57,042 nt of DNA from the NCBI GenBank assembly GCA_037446635.1, contig JBBIIG010000028.1:1-57042 (forward strand), written 5' to 3'. The DNA is from a bacterium. GTDB taxonomy: Bacteria > Zhuqueibacterota > Zhuqueibacteria > Oceanimicrobiales > Oceanimicrobiaceae. Under the pieces are notes generated by a model that made no database searches, was not told the DNA's origin, and saw only the letters and a program-made list of their open reading frames with translations. The position numbers and the translations under genes are program-made. Within the stretch, counting starts at the first letter, position 1. Each line of letters opens with the position of its first letter. Positions 26,930-37,119 of the stretch are shown in pieces.

Positions 26930-28093
26930 TTACAAATTTTTCAGCGACTTGCGGATGCGCTCCAAGCCCTTTTCGATGTTGGCGATGGAGTTGGCGTACG
27001 AGACCCGCAGGTAACCCTCGCCGTATTTGCCGAACGCCGTTCCCGACAGCACCGCAACGCCCGCCTCGTTGAGAAAATGGTGCTCTAATTTTTGCGACGG
27101 CATGTTCAACTTTTTGACATTCGGGAAAACATAAAACGCGCCTTTTGGAGTAATACAGCTCATTCCGGGGATGTCGTTGAGGCCGGCCACAATGAAATCG
27201 CGGCGCTGGCGGAATTCTTCCACGAAGGCATCGACTTCATCGGTGGGGCCTTTCAGCGCCTGAATGGCGGCGTATTGCGAAAAGGTGGAGGTGCAGGAGT
27301 TGCAGTTGATCATCAGCTTCTCCACTTTTTTGGCCAGCTCCTCCGGCATCACGCCCCAGCCCAGGCGCCAGCCGGTCATGGCGTAAGTTTTGGAAAAGCC
27401 GTCGAGCAGGATGGTGAGGTCTTTCATGCCCGGCAGCGAGTAAAAACTGACGTGCTCGCCGTCGTAAATGATGTTTTTATAAACCTCGTCGCTCAGCACC
27501 ATGATGTTGCGCTGGCGGGCCACCTCGGCGATGACTTCCAAATCGCGCCGGGTTAGAATGCCGCCGGTGGGATTTTGTGGGGTGTTGATGATAATTAATT
27601 TTGTACGGTCGGTAACCAGCGATTTGAATTCATCGGGATCGAACCGGAAATCTTTTTCCTCCAGCAGCGGCAGCGGCACCGCTGTGCCGCCGACGAAATT
27701 GATCACGGATTCATAAATTGGAAAACCGGGATTGGGGTAAATCACCTCATCGCCCTTATCGATGAGCGCCGTGATCGTAAAATAGAGGATGGGCTTGGCG
27801 CCCGGGGTGACCACCACTTCCTCCACTTTGGGTTTGACACCGCGCCGCTGGTAAACTTCTTCGACGATGGCCTCGCGCAGGGGGCGGATGCCCGCCGCGG
27901 GCGAGTAGTGGGTCTGGCCTTCGCGCAGCGCCGCCACCGCCGCTTCGATAATGTGTTTCGGGGTGGTGAAATCGGGCTCGCCAATTTGCAGGTGGATGAT
28001 TTCTTTGCCCTGGGCTTCGAGGGCCTTGGCGCGCGCCATCACTTCAAACGCAGTCTCGGTTCCTAAACGATTCATGCGGTCGGCAAATTTCAT
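26930..28093 (-). CDS. class I/II PLP-dependent aminotransferase (aspartate aminotransferase-like)
   Basis: IGEPDF, NTPQNPTG, SDEVY, GFSKTYAMTGWRLG. Confidence 0.95.
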   Translation of the reverse strand: MKFADRMNRLGTETAFEVMARAKALEAQGKEIIHLQIGEPDFTTPKHIIEAAVAALREGQTHYSPAAGIRPLREAIVEEVYQRRGVKPKVEEVVVTPGAKPILYFTITALIDKGDEVIYPNPGFPIYESVINFVGGTAVPLPLLEEKDFRFDPDEFKSLVTDRTKLIIINTPQNPTGGILTRRDLEVIAEVARQRNIMVLSDEVYKNIIYDGEHVSFYSLPGMKDLTILLDGFSKTYAMTGWRLGWGVMPEELAKKVEKLMINCNSCTSTFSQYAAIQALKGPTDEVDAFVEEFRQRRDFIVAGLNDIPGMSCITPKGAFYVFPNVKKLNMPSQKLEHHFLNEAGVAVLSGTAFGKYGEGYLRVSYANSIANIEKGLERIRKSLKNL

Positions 28094-28225
28094 AATCCCG
28101 TCTCCATTAACTTAGTGGTTGCCACAGCATTGGGGTGTATAGCTTCTAAATGGCGGAAAAAGATAGGAAAATAATTCGCGAGAGTCAAGTCTGGGCAAGA
28201 AAAAAATCAGCGGCTTAGGCGAGGT

Positions 28226-28882
28226 TCATTGCAATCGTGATGACACCTCAGAACGAATCGTGAGCGGCTTGATTTCGCCGCGCCATTCTTGCACGATCTG
28301 CCCGGCGGGGTTCAACAAAAACATGGCCGGGATGGCTTTCACTCGGAAGGCGGCCCAGGCGGGATCATTTTTTGAATCGAGATAAATGGGGTAGGTAAGC
28401 TTTCGCTTCTCGATAAATTTCGTCACCTTCTGCGCCGCGTCTTTGCCTTCATCAATTGCAACGCCGATGACGGCAAAGTTGCGTGCGGAAAATTCCTCGT
28501 GGAGTTTTTGCAGGTGGGGCATCATTGTCTCGCAGGGCTTGCACCAGGTGGCCCAAAAGTCCAGCAGCGCCCATTTTCCTTTTAAGCGATCCAGGGTCAG
28601 GGTATCGCCGGTCAAACTTGTTACGGCGAACTCGGGCGCGGGCCGCGGCAAAACCGGCGGCAAAAACGCCGCGGGATCGGCGTCGAATTCTTTTTTGCAG
28701 TTGTCGGAACAAAAGAAATAGTGCGCCCCCTCGTGTTCGCTCCGGGCTTTCACTTTCTCCGGCTCCGATTCGCCGTGTAAGATGGCGCAGACCACACAAA
28801 CCGCTGCTTTTGGAACTTCCGAAGTTTGCGCAAAAATCGTTTGGGATAAAAGTAAAAATAGAATGACTGAAAGGCTTCTCAT
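28226..28882 (-). CDS. secreted YHS-domain + TlpA/redoxin fusion protein
   Basis: Signal peptide; CVVC...HEGAHYFFCSDNCKKEFDADP (YHS); LLDFWATWCKPC and AIPAMFL (TlpA). Confidence 0.9.
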   Translation of the reverse strand: MRSLSVILFLLLSQTIFAQTSEVPKAAVCVVCAILHGESEPEKVKARSEHEGAHYFFCSDNCKKEFDADPAAFLPPVLPRPAPEFAVTSLTGDTLTLDRLKGKWALLDFWATWCKPCETMMPHLQKLHEEFSARNFAVIGVAIDEGKDAAQKVTKFIEKRKLTYPIYLDSKNDPAWAAFRVKAIPAMFLLNPAGQIVQEWRGEIKPLTIRSEVSSRLQ

Positions 28883-28909
28883 ATTTTCCTCATTTATTTC
28901 GCGAAGAAC

Positions 28910-29578
28910 TTAAAATCCAAAACTAAGCGAGAGGCCGAATTGTTCCAACCAGACATACATCAAACTCACTCCAAAGCGTTCAGCGAAATAATTCAGCAGC
29001 AGATGCGAGCGGTCGCCGTCAAACATGTAGCGCGACGAGACGCCGCCGCCAAACTCTAAATTCGCTCCGAACGGAAAATTGAAACCACTATCCCACTCTG
29101 AATAATTCAAACTAGCGTAAACCGACAGCGGGGCGACGTGAACAAATTTCGAGGCCGTTAAAAAATATGACTGTTTGCCTTTCGGCGAGCCGATGCGATC
29201 GGAACTGGTTCCCACAAATAACGCCGGCCGCGTCTCGGATTCGGTGAACAAAAACAGCGAGAACAGCGGGCCGATTTCTTCGGCGGCGGGATTGATTTCC
29301 GCGCCCAATTGCAGACGATGATGCAGCCGGTAATGGGCCGTAAAGCGCCAGCGCGGACGTTCCAATTCCGTATCCACGTAACGTGCGGAGAAAATCCATT
29401 TGGTATGAATGCCGCTTCCACGAAGCGGTGCGCCCTCGCCGGGTCAGCCGCTTCAGGTGGGCGCGTGAGAGGTGGGACGTTTGAGCGCCGGCCGCAGAGA
29501 ATCCGCACTCGGTGTCTGCGCGCTCAGAGTGAGGCAAAAAAACAGCACGCCGCAAAAAGTAAGTAAACGTGCATTCAT
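28910..29578 (-). CDS. putative double-selenocysteine (U42-S-G-U45) outer-membrane beta-barrel protein, 222 aa with readthrough
   Basis: ATG 29578 is in frame with the 155-aa ORF; the only interruptions are TGA at 29455-29453 and 29446-29444; N-terminal signal peptide, amphipathic strands, terminal LSLSFGF; hairpin after the UGAs. Confidence 0.75.
29412..29428 (-). promoter_or_regulatory. candidate bacterial SECIS hairpin
   Basis: mRNA CCGCUUC-GUG-GAAGCGG; loop starts with G, 22 nt after UGA2 and 31 nt after UGA1. Confidence 0.6.
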
Positions 29579-29584
29579 GGGAAC

Positions 29585-29613
29585 AAAGTAAGAAATGAAT
29601 TTCTACACGTCAA
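29585..29613 (-). promoter_or_regulatory. sigma70-type promoter, probably leaderless
   Basis: TTGACG-17 bp-TACTTT followed by 6 nt and ATG 29578; no SD. Confidence 0.6.
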
Positions 29614-29689
29614 GTTACTTTTTGCGGCGGTGATCAAAAGGAGTGTAAAAATACGTCCTGCGGACTCAATTTAACACTCCTTAAAACCC

Positions 29690-30967
29690 TTAAAAGCGGA
29701 AGCCCCAGCCAAACGCAAAGTTCAGCCCGCGGCCGGAGAACGCGCCATCGCGGCTGGCCACCGCGAAATCCCAGGAGAACAGCGAGAAATCGAGGCCGAA
29801 GCCGGCGGAGGTGGAAAGGCCGCGCTCGCCGCCGGCGGCGATTCCGCCGCGCAGCGGCAGAAAGCCAATGAGACGCAGCTCGGTTCCAAACGCCAGCCGC
29901 GGCAACGTGGAGACGCCCACGCCTTTTTTCAATCCCTGCTCATAATCGAACGCGAAACTCAGGCGTTTGCCCACACGCGCCAGGCCTACCCGTAATTGCG
30001 CGGGCAGCCTGGTGGAAAAGGACTCGATGTCAACAGTTTCATCGAAATCGCGATAGACCGAGTCGATGTCGGTGTCTTCGATCCGCTGGATGGAAACCGA
30101 GTCCGCATCAAATGAATAGGTGAAGCGTTTGGTTTCATCGCTCCAATTAATGGAGTTGATGGCGTTGTTCAAACTGACGCTCAGCGACCAACTCGAATTC
30201 AACATCGCCGCCGCGCCAAAGTCGAAGCCGAGGCCGTTGCCGCCGAGGGCGTGATCGATGACCACCCGGCCCGAGCCGTGCAGTCCGTCGATATCGGTGG
30301 TCAGCGTGCTGGTGGCTTCGACGACTTTGCCGTAAGCCAAACCCCGCAAATATTTGGCGGAAACCCCTAACGCAAATTGATGGAAGAACGGCACCCGAAA
30401 CGGAATCCCCACGGACAGCGCGAAGCTGGAGACGCCGTAACCCTCGCCGCTGGTGGCGCCAATTTCATAAACCCGATCAAGCTGGTTGCCGTTCAGAACC
30501 AGATCCACAATGTCTTTGGAAAGCAGGAAATCGGAGCTGCCCAGCGCCGAGGCGGTGAGCGCGACGTTCCCAAAATTCAAACCGAAGGCCTGAACCTCGG
30601 TGTCGAAATTGCCGCGCAGCCCTTCCGCCGGAATGGCCGCGAGAATATCCTGCTTATCCTGCTCGGTCAAATAACTGCCGTTGTACAAATCGTAGTGGTT
30701 TTTGTTGAAGCTGTTGTTGTGAAATCCCAATCCCACCGAAATCAAATTAAAGCGATATTTCCTGGCGCTTTTGATGCCCAGGTTGGCGGGGTTCCAGGCG
30801 GGGGCATCCACGCCGCGCGCCAACGCCGTGTAAGCGCCGCCCATGGCGACGCTGCGGGGATTGGAAATGCCGATTTGCGCCAACGCGGTTGCAGCGGTTA
30901 AAGAGAACGACGCGAAAACTAAGGCCGGCGCCCCAACGAATTTCGTCCAGTATTTTTTCATGGTCAT
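29690..30967 (-). CDS. outer-membrane beta-barrel protein (FadL/TraF/DUF5723-like)
   Basis: Signal peptide; RSVAMGGAYTA...WNPANLG N-terminal motif; ends FGWGFRF. Confidence 0.8.
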   Translation of the reverse strand: MTMKKYWTKFVGAPALVFASFSLTAATALAQIGISNPRSVAMGGAYTALARGVDAPAWNPANLGIKSARKYRFNLISVGLGFHNNSFNKNHYDLYNGSYLTEQDKQDILAAIPAEGLRGNFDTEVQAFGLNFGNVALTASALGSSDFLLSKDIVDLVLNGNQLDRVYEIGATSGEGYGVSSFALSVGIPFRVPFFHQFALGVSAKYLRGLAYGKVVEATSTLTTDIDGLHGSGRVVIDHALGGNGLGFDFGAAAMLNSSWSLSVSLNNAINSINWSDETKRFTYSFDADSVSIQRIEDTDIDSVYRDFDETVDIESFSTRLPAQLRVGLARVGKRLSFAFDYEQGLKKGVGVSTLPRLAFGTELRLIGFLPLRGGIAAGGERGLSTSAGFGLDFSLFSWDFAVASRDGAFSGRGLNFAFGWGFRF

Positions 30968-30978
30968 CGTGTCCGTTT

Positions 30979-33012
30979 TTAATCTTGATTGACTTTTACT
31001 TTGATTTTGCCGTACGACTTGACGTGAATGTAATCGCTCGCGCGCACCCGCACGAACTGACCGTTGCTGCCGTCCACATTCACCCGCACGCCGGCGTAAA
31101 GCGGCGTGAGGGTGAACGTCTGCATTTGTTCTTCGGTTAGCGAAATATTGACTTCGGTACCATTCGCGCTCTGCACATTGCCAGCCCCGTCCACCAGGCC
31201 GGAGTTAGCGCGAATCGGTCCAATGCTCAAGAGCGGGTTATCGTAAACGGTGGTGTCCTGCGCGAAGACAATTTCCACCGTCGCGCCCATCGGCAGGTGG
31301 TTGGAAATTTGCGCGTAGAAACTGCCGCCGGCCAAATTGTCGATGATGTCGTCTTTCACGTCCTCGTCGATTTCCACGTCATCCACTTCGGACTTGATGC
31401 TCTGCGCCGGCAAACGAACGGCAAAGGGCGCGGTGATGCGAACGACGCCGTTGACGCAATCGTCTTTGGCGACCGTGCCCACCCAGTTGGGATCGCCGAG
31501 CCGGATGCTGCCGTTGACGCGCAGCAGCGACGGCAGGATGCTGACGAACTCGCTGATGTTGCTGTTTTCGCGATTCAGCACAATCCGCGTCTCCGCGGGC
31601 TGCCCCGGCTGCTGCGCCGGCGCCGCCGCGCTGTTGATGTACAATTGCGCGGTCGCGCCGGATTTGCCTTCGCCTTCAATCATCAAATTCAAACGCGCGG
31701 GAAAGTTGATGCCGTTGTTCAGAATCAACTCCATCTGCGCGGTTTCGAAAAAAATGCTGTCGAGATCCGCGGGGATATCGAAGTCGATATCGTTTTGGGC
31801 GACGTCGATCTCTGTGTCGCCAATTTTGCCGGTCAATTGCGAAAAACGCAATTCATTAAGATAAAAGATCGCATTGAATGCATCGTTGTTTTTCACTAAA
31901 ACCATCTGACTGCCGGAAGCCGCGGTGCGGGCGCTCCAAACGAAGCGCACTTTCTGCGCGCCAAAATTCGCCGGCTGCGGGCGCAAACGGTGGTTGTTCA
32001 GGGGAACGCGAATGTTCGCGCTGCCATTCTGGGAGACGAACACCGAGTCGGCAACCGGGTTGCCGGACGGTGTGATGAAATCCGGCAGTTGATATCTGAT
32101 CCAAGTATCCAGCGGCAAACGGCCCTGAATGAACATATTCATTTCCCCGGCCTCGATGTGAGAATCGGAGATGACCAACGAATCCGTGATGACGCTTTCG
32201 TTCTGATTGTTGATGACCTGCGCCGGCACGATCGCCCGCGCCTCTTTCACCTGCAGCGCGCTCACCTGCGCCTCCAAAATGAAATGGCTGTAGGCATCGA
32301 CATAGATGGGGTTGCCCTGGCTGCCCGGCGAATAACCGTGCACGCGAACGGAAAGTTGATTGGACATGCGTTTGTTGCTGAGGTCGAGCTCAACGATAAC
32401 CGCGCCAAAGGGCGCCACGGTCGCCAGGGTGGTGGCGCTGGCGACGAGGGTGTCGCGCGTGGTATCCCAGATTTCAAACGTGAGCGGGCTGCCCAATTGC
32501 ACCGCGAGGTTGTTCGTCAGTTGCACGGAAACCTGGCCGCTCGCAATGACGACGTAGGAATAATTGCCGAAAGCTTGCAGCGGCTTTTTGGGCGAGACAA
32601 AATTAAACGGCGGCACCACGACGGTCTGCCCGTGTGCGTTATCCGCCTGCGGGTAGATTTCCCGCAGCAGGACGTTGGTAAATTGCCCGCCCGGCGAGTC
32701 AATGCTGAAGGAACCCATATCAAAATTGAAGACGTCTTCGATATTGTCGAGCGTCAATTGGTTGCCGACGGTGTAATCATCGAGCTCCGATTCGACGTTC
32801 AATTCCAGCAAGCCGCTGGTGCTATCCACGCTCAACGTGGACTCGTCTTCGGCGATCTCCGCCATCGTATAAACTTTGCTGACTAAAGGAACCGTCACTT
32901 CGACGTCCCACGAAGGCGCGCTGGGCTTTTCAAAACTGCAGCGCGTCAAAGTAAAAAACATCATGGCTAATCCGGCAAACAATAAGCCGCTGCGTCTGAG
33001 AAACGGAAACAT
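30979..33012 (-). CDS. large beta-rich hypothetical lipoprotein
   Basis: Hydrophobic leader ending in Cys (LTRC), then PSWDVEVTVPL; 11 nt upstream of the barrel gene. Confidence 0.7.
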   Translation of the reverse strand: MFPFLRRSGLLFAGLAMMFFTLTRCSFEKPSAPSWDVEVTVPLVSKVYTMAEIAEDESTLSVDSTSGLLELNVESELDDYTVGNQLTLDNIEDVFNFDMGSFSIDSPGGQFTNVLLREIYPQADNAHGQTVVVPPFNFVSPKKPLQAFGNYSYVVIASGQVSVQLTNNLAVQLGSPLTFEIWDTTRDTLVASATTLATVAPFGAVIVELDLSNKRMSNQLSVRVHGYSPGSQGNPIYVDAYSHFILEAQVSALQVKEARAIVPAQVINNQNESVITDSLVISDSHIEAGEMNMFIQGRLPLDTWIRYQLPDFITPSGNPVADSVFVSQNGSANIRVPLNNHRLRPQPANFGAQKVRFVWSARTAASGSQMVLVKNNDAFNAIFYLNELRFSQLTGKIGDTEIDVAQNDIDFDIPADLDSIFFETAQMELILNNGINFPARLNLMIEGEGKSGATAQLYINSAAAPAQQPGQPAETRIVLNRENSNISEFVSILPSLLRVNGSIRLGDPNWVGTVAKDDCVNGVVRITAPFAVRLPAQSIKSEVDDVEIDEDVKDDIIDNLAGGSFYAQISNHLPMGATVEIVFAQDTTVYDNPLLSIGPIRANSGLVDGAGNVQSANGTEVNISLTEEQMQTFTLTPLYAGVRVNVDGSNGQFVRVRASDYIHVKSYGKIKVKVNQD

Positions 33013-33183
33013 TCGTCACCCCGTGTAGTTTGGTGTGAAAAAACAACTCTAATACAATTCACTATTAATTCGGATAAAAACGGGGAGTCTTTAGCGATGG
33101 CGAAGAATTCATCGCCGTAACGTTTCAAAGATTGAAGGTGGGAAATTATTTAAAAACTGGACTATTGTAAAAATCTTCAGATC

Positions 33184-33280
33184 GCCTGATGATGAATCAT
33201 CAGGCTAATTGCTGAAGTCGATTGAAATCGACTATAGACAGCAGCAGCTTAATTTATTAAACTGAAGCTATTAGCTTAGA
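33184..33280. repeat. cluster of short palindromes (REP-like)
   Basis: GCCTGATGAT-GA-ATCATCAGGC; AGTCGAT-TGAA-ATCGACT; AAGCTA-T-TAGCTT. Confidence 0.65.
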
Positions 33281-33394
33281 AATTCATTTCCAAGCGATCT
33301 TTCATTGACAGAAGCCATCTCCTCTAAGGGATTTCCAGTAAAAAAAGAAAAAGCCCCATTGTGTTTAAGCACAGGGGCTGCTTCTTGTAAAACT

Positions 33395-33422
33395 GTAGGG
33401 GTAATTCATGAAGTACCCCTAC
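33395..33422. repeat. GTAG-type REP hairpin downstream of ahcY
   Basis: GTAGGGGTAATTCATGAAGTACCCCTAC. Confidence 0.8.
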
Positions 33423-33462
33423 GGTTTTCGGCCGGAGGATTCCAAAATCGCCCGACGAAATT

Positions 33463-34734
<1,272 letters not shown>

Positions 34735-34764
34735 CTAAAATTTAATTTCAGTATAAAATTTCAC

Positions 34765-34844
34765 GTAGGGCTGTCCAAAATGGGTATCTGTCATTGCCTG
34801 CCTGCAGCAGGCAGGCAACCACAGGTAAATTGGATAGCCCCTAC
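34765..34844. repeat. GTAG-type REP carrying the 19-bp CCTGCCTGCAGCAGGCAGG insert
   Basis: GTAGGGCTGTCCAA...TTGGATAGCCCCTAC; insert at 34797-34815. Confidence 0.8.
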
Positions 34845-34855
34845 AGTTTTAATAA

Positions 34856-35992
34856 TTATCCTCGCGCCAAATCTTTGGCCTTATCGGTTTTTTCCCACGT
34901 AAATCCCTGCTCCTCGCGCCCGAAGTGTCCATACGCAGCGGTGTTGCGATAAATGGGTTTGCGCAAATCAAGCGCCGCGATGATGCCTTTGGGCGTGAGT
35001 TCAAAATTCTTGCGCACCAGCCGGGCGATCTCTTCGTCGGGGATTTGCCCGGTGCCAAAAGTATCGACGTTGACGGAGACCGGCTGCGCCACGCCGATGG
35101 CATACGCCAATTGGATTTCGCATTTATAAGCCAGGCCCGCGGCCACGATATTTTTGGCAACGTAGCGCGCCATGTACGAGGCCGAGCGATCGACTTTCGT
35201 GGGATCTTTGCCGGAAAACGCGCCGCCGCCGTGACGGCTGTAGCCGCCGTAGGTATCGACGATGATTTTACGCCCGGTGAGGCCGGTGTCGCCGTGCGGA
35301 CCGCCCACCACAAATCTCCCGGTAGGGTTGACGTGATAGGTGATGGACGCCTCGTTAAGAAAATCTTTGGGGATGACCGGTTTGATCACTTTTTCGATGA
35401 TGTCGTGACGGATGGTCTCCTGGCTGACATCGGGATCGTGCTGGGTGGAAACCACCACCGTCTCCACTTTGACGGGCTTACCATCTTCATACCGCACGCT
35501 GACCTGCGACTTGCCGTCGGGGCGGATGTAAGGAATGGTTCCTTTTTTGCGAACCTCGGACAGCCGGCGGGTGAGCTGGTGCGCCAGCATGATCGGCAGC
35601 GGCATCAGCTCTTTGGTTTCTTTGATGGCGAAGCCGAACATCATGCCCTGGTCGCCGGCGCCGTCGCGGTCCACACCCAGGGCAATATCCGGCGACTGCT
35701 GCTGGATGGTGTTCAACACCGCGCAGGTCAAATAATCGAAGCCGTAGCTGGCGTCGGTGTAGCCGATTTCTTTAATCGTGCCGCGCACCAGGCTGGGAAT
35801 ATCGACATAAGTTTTGGTGGTGATTTCGCCGCCCACCATCACCAAACCGGTGGTGACGTAGGTTTCGCAGGCCACGCGGCCGTAGGGGTCGTCTTCTAAA
35901 ATCGCGTCGAGAACCGCATCCGAAATCTGATCCGAAATTTTATCCGGATGCCCTTCCGTAACCGATTCTGACGTAAAAATCATCGAAGGCAT
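34856..35992 (-). CDS. metK: S-adenosylmethionine synthetase
   Basis: [35 protein letters not shown]. Confidence 0.98.
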   Translation of the reverse strand: MPSMIFTSESVTEGHPDKISDQISDAVLDAILEDDPYGRVACETYVTTGLVMVGGEITTKTYVDIPSLVRGTIKEIGYTDASYGFDYLTCAVLNTIQQQSPDIALGVDRDGAGDQGMMFGFAIKETKELMPLPIMLAHQLTRRLSEVRKKGTIPYIRPDGKSQVSVRYEDGKPVKVETVVVSTQHDPDVSQETIRHDIIEKVIKPVIPKDFLNEASITYHVNPTGRFVVGGPHGDTGLTGRKIIVDTYGGYSRHGGGAFSGKDPTKVDRSASYMARYVAKNIVAAGLAYKCEIQLAYAIGVAQPVSVNVDTFGTGQIPDEEIARLVRKNFELTPKGIIAALDLRKPIYRNTAAYGHFGREEQGFTWEKTDKAKDLARG

Positions 35993-36051
35993 TGAGTGCT
36001 CCTTTCACTTAAATTTCATTTATTCAAAAACAACCAGATTTTTATACCGCC

Positions 36052-37119
36052 CTATTTATCCGGCGCAGAAAGCGATTTTTTTATCAGATTGATATGGTCG
36101 ATGGCGGTGGGATCGACGCGGTTTAAAATCGCTAAATAGAGGCTGACCAGGTCTCCCAAAAAAATCAGGGAAAAGAGGCGCGCCAGTAAACTCGCGCCGG
36201 TGCTCTCCACCTCGATAACGCCGCCGCTGTGCTGCTCGAGAATGGTTTTGGTGATCCGCATTCGCTTCAAAATATTCGGGTGCAGGTTGCGATCGCGCAA
36301 GTAGATGATGCGAAATTGGCGGTTGATTTCTCGCAGCGGTCCCCAGCCCATGATTTCGTTGTGGTTCAATTCCGGAAACAGGTTGCTGAACGCCATCACC
36401 TTGCTGTTTTCGGAAAGCTGGCATTTCCAGCGCAGCGCGGCCGGCTCAAAACCCGCTGCCGCGGTGTAGATCAACGGGACCTTTCCTTGCAACGAATAGG
36501 CGATTTCTTTGGCGCGGTTCGACGGGACGTTCGGGTTGTATTCCTCCGCCAGCGATTTCAGAAGCTCGATGGTCTCCAGCAAATCCCCTTCCGGATCGGA
36601 AACGATGCCGGCGTAAAATAAAATGTAAAACACCGGCGCCATCAAATAACCCAGGGCCGCGCGCGGAGGATATCCCCCCGGAACCAAAATCACGGAATGG
36701 CCGTTGGCGCGCGCCTTTTGCGCCAGGCTACCGCCAGCGGTCACACACACAATCTGCGCGCCCTTAGACCGGGCGTCGTCATAAGCCGCAAGCGTCTCCT
36801 CGGTTTCGCCGGAGTAGCTGCACGCGATCACCAGCGATTTTTCGTTGACGTATTTTGGCAGCGAATAATAACGGCAAACGGCGATGGGAACGCCGGCGGC
36901 ATCGGAGAGCACGGCGCGCGCGATGTCGCCGCCGATGGCCGAGCCGCCCATGCCGGCAATGCAGACGTTGGAAAAATTAGCCGCGAGCTTCACAGAAGCG
37001 GCGCGCGAAATTTCGAGGGCGTGAGCCATTTGCTGGGACAAATTTAAAATCCGCTCTAACATGCCCTGGGAATCGTACTGCGCGATCTCCTGCGCGGTCA
37101 ATTTCGGCTGCGGGGTCAC
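36052..37119 (-). CDS. bifunctional phosphoglucose/phosphomannose isomerase
   Basis: GMGGSAIGG, SYSG.TEET, PRAA, ENSK, PELNHNEI. Confidence 0.92.
   Translation of the reverse strand: MTPQPKLTAQEIAQYDSQGMLERILNLSQQMAHALEISRAASVKLAANFSNVCIAGMGGSAIGGDIARAVLSDAAGVPIAVCRYYSLPKYVNEKSLVIACSYSGETEETLAAYDDARSKGAQIVCVTAGGSLAQKARANGHSVILVPGGYPPRAALGYLMAPVFYILFYAGIVSDPEGDLLETIELLKSLAEEYNPNVPSNRAKEIAYSLQGKVPLIYTAAAGFEPAALRWKCQLSENSKVMAFSNLFPELNHNEIMGWGPLREINRQFRIIYLRDRNLHPNILKRMRITKTILEQHSGGVIEVESTGASLLARLFSLIFLGDLVSLYLAILNRVDPTAIDHINLIKKSLSAPDK

Noticed and set aside
29444..29455. UGA=Trp/Gly genetic code, or simple pseudogene, as explanation for the two TGAs
   Set aside because: Many genes here end in TGA at expected positions and Trp uses TGG. 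Two independent nonsense mutations both being TGA, CxxC-spaced and followed by a hairpin is less parsimonious, though not excluded without homologues.
29112..29555. Alternative-frame ORFs 29112-29555 and 29158-29508 as the real upstream gene or a frameshift partner
   Set aside because: Low-complexity Arg/Pro-rich translations; the signal peptide is already in the same frame as the barrel.
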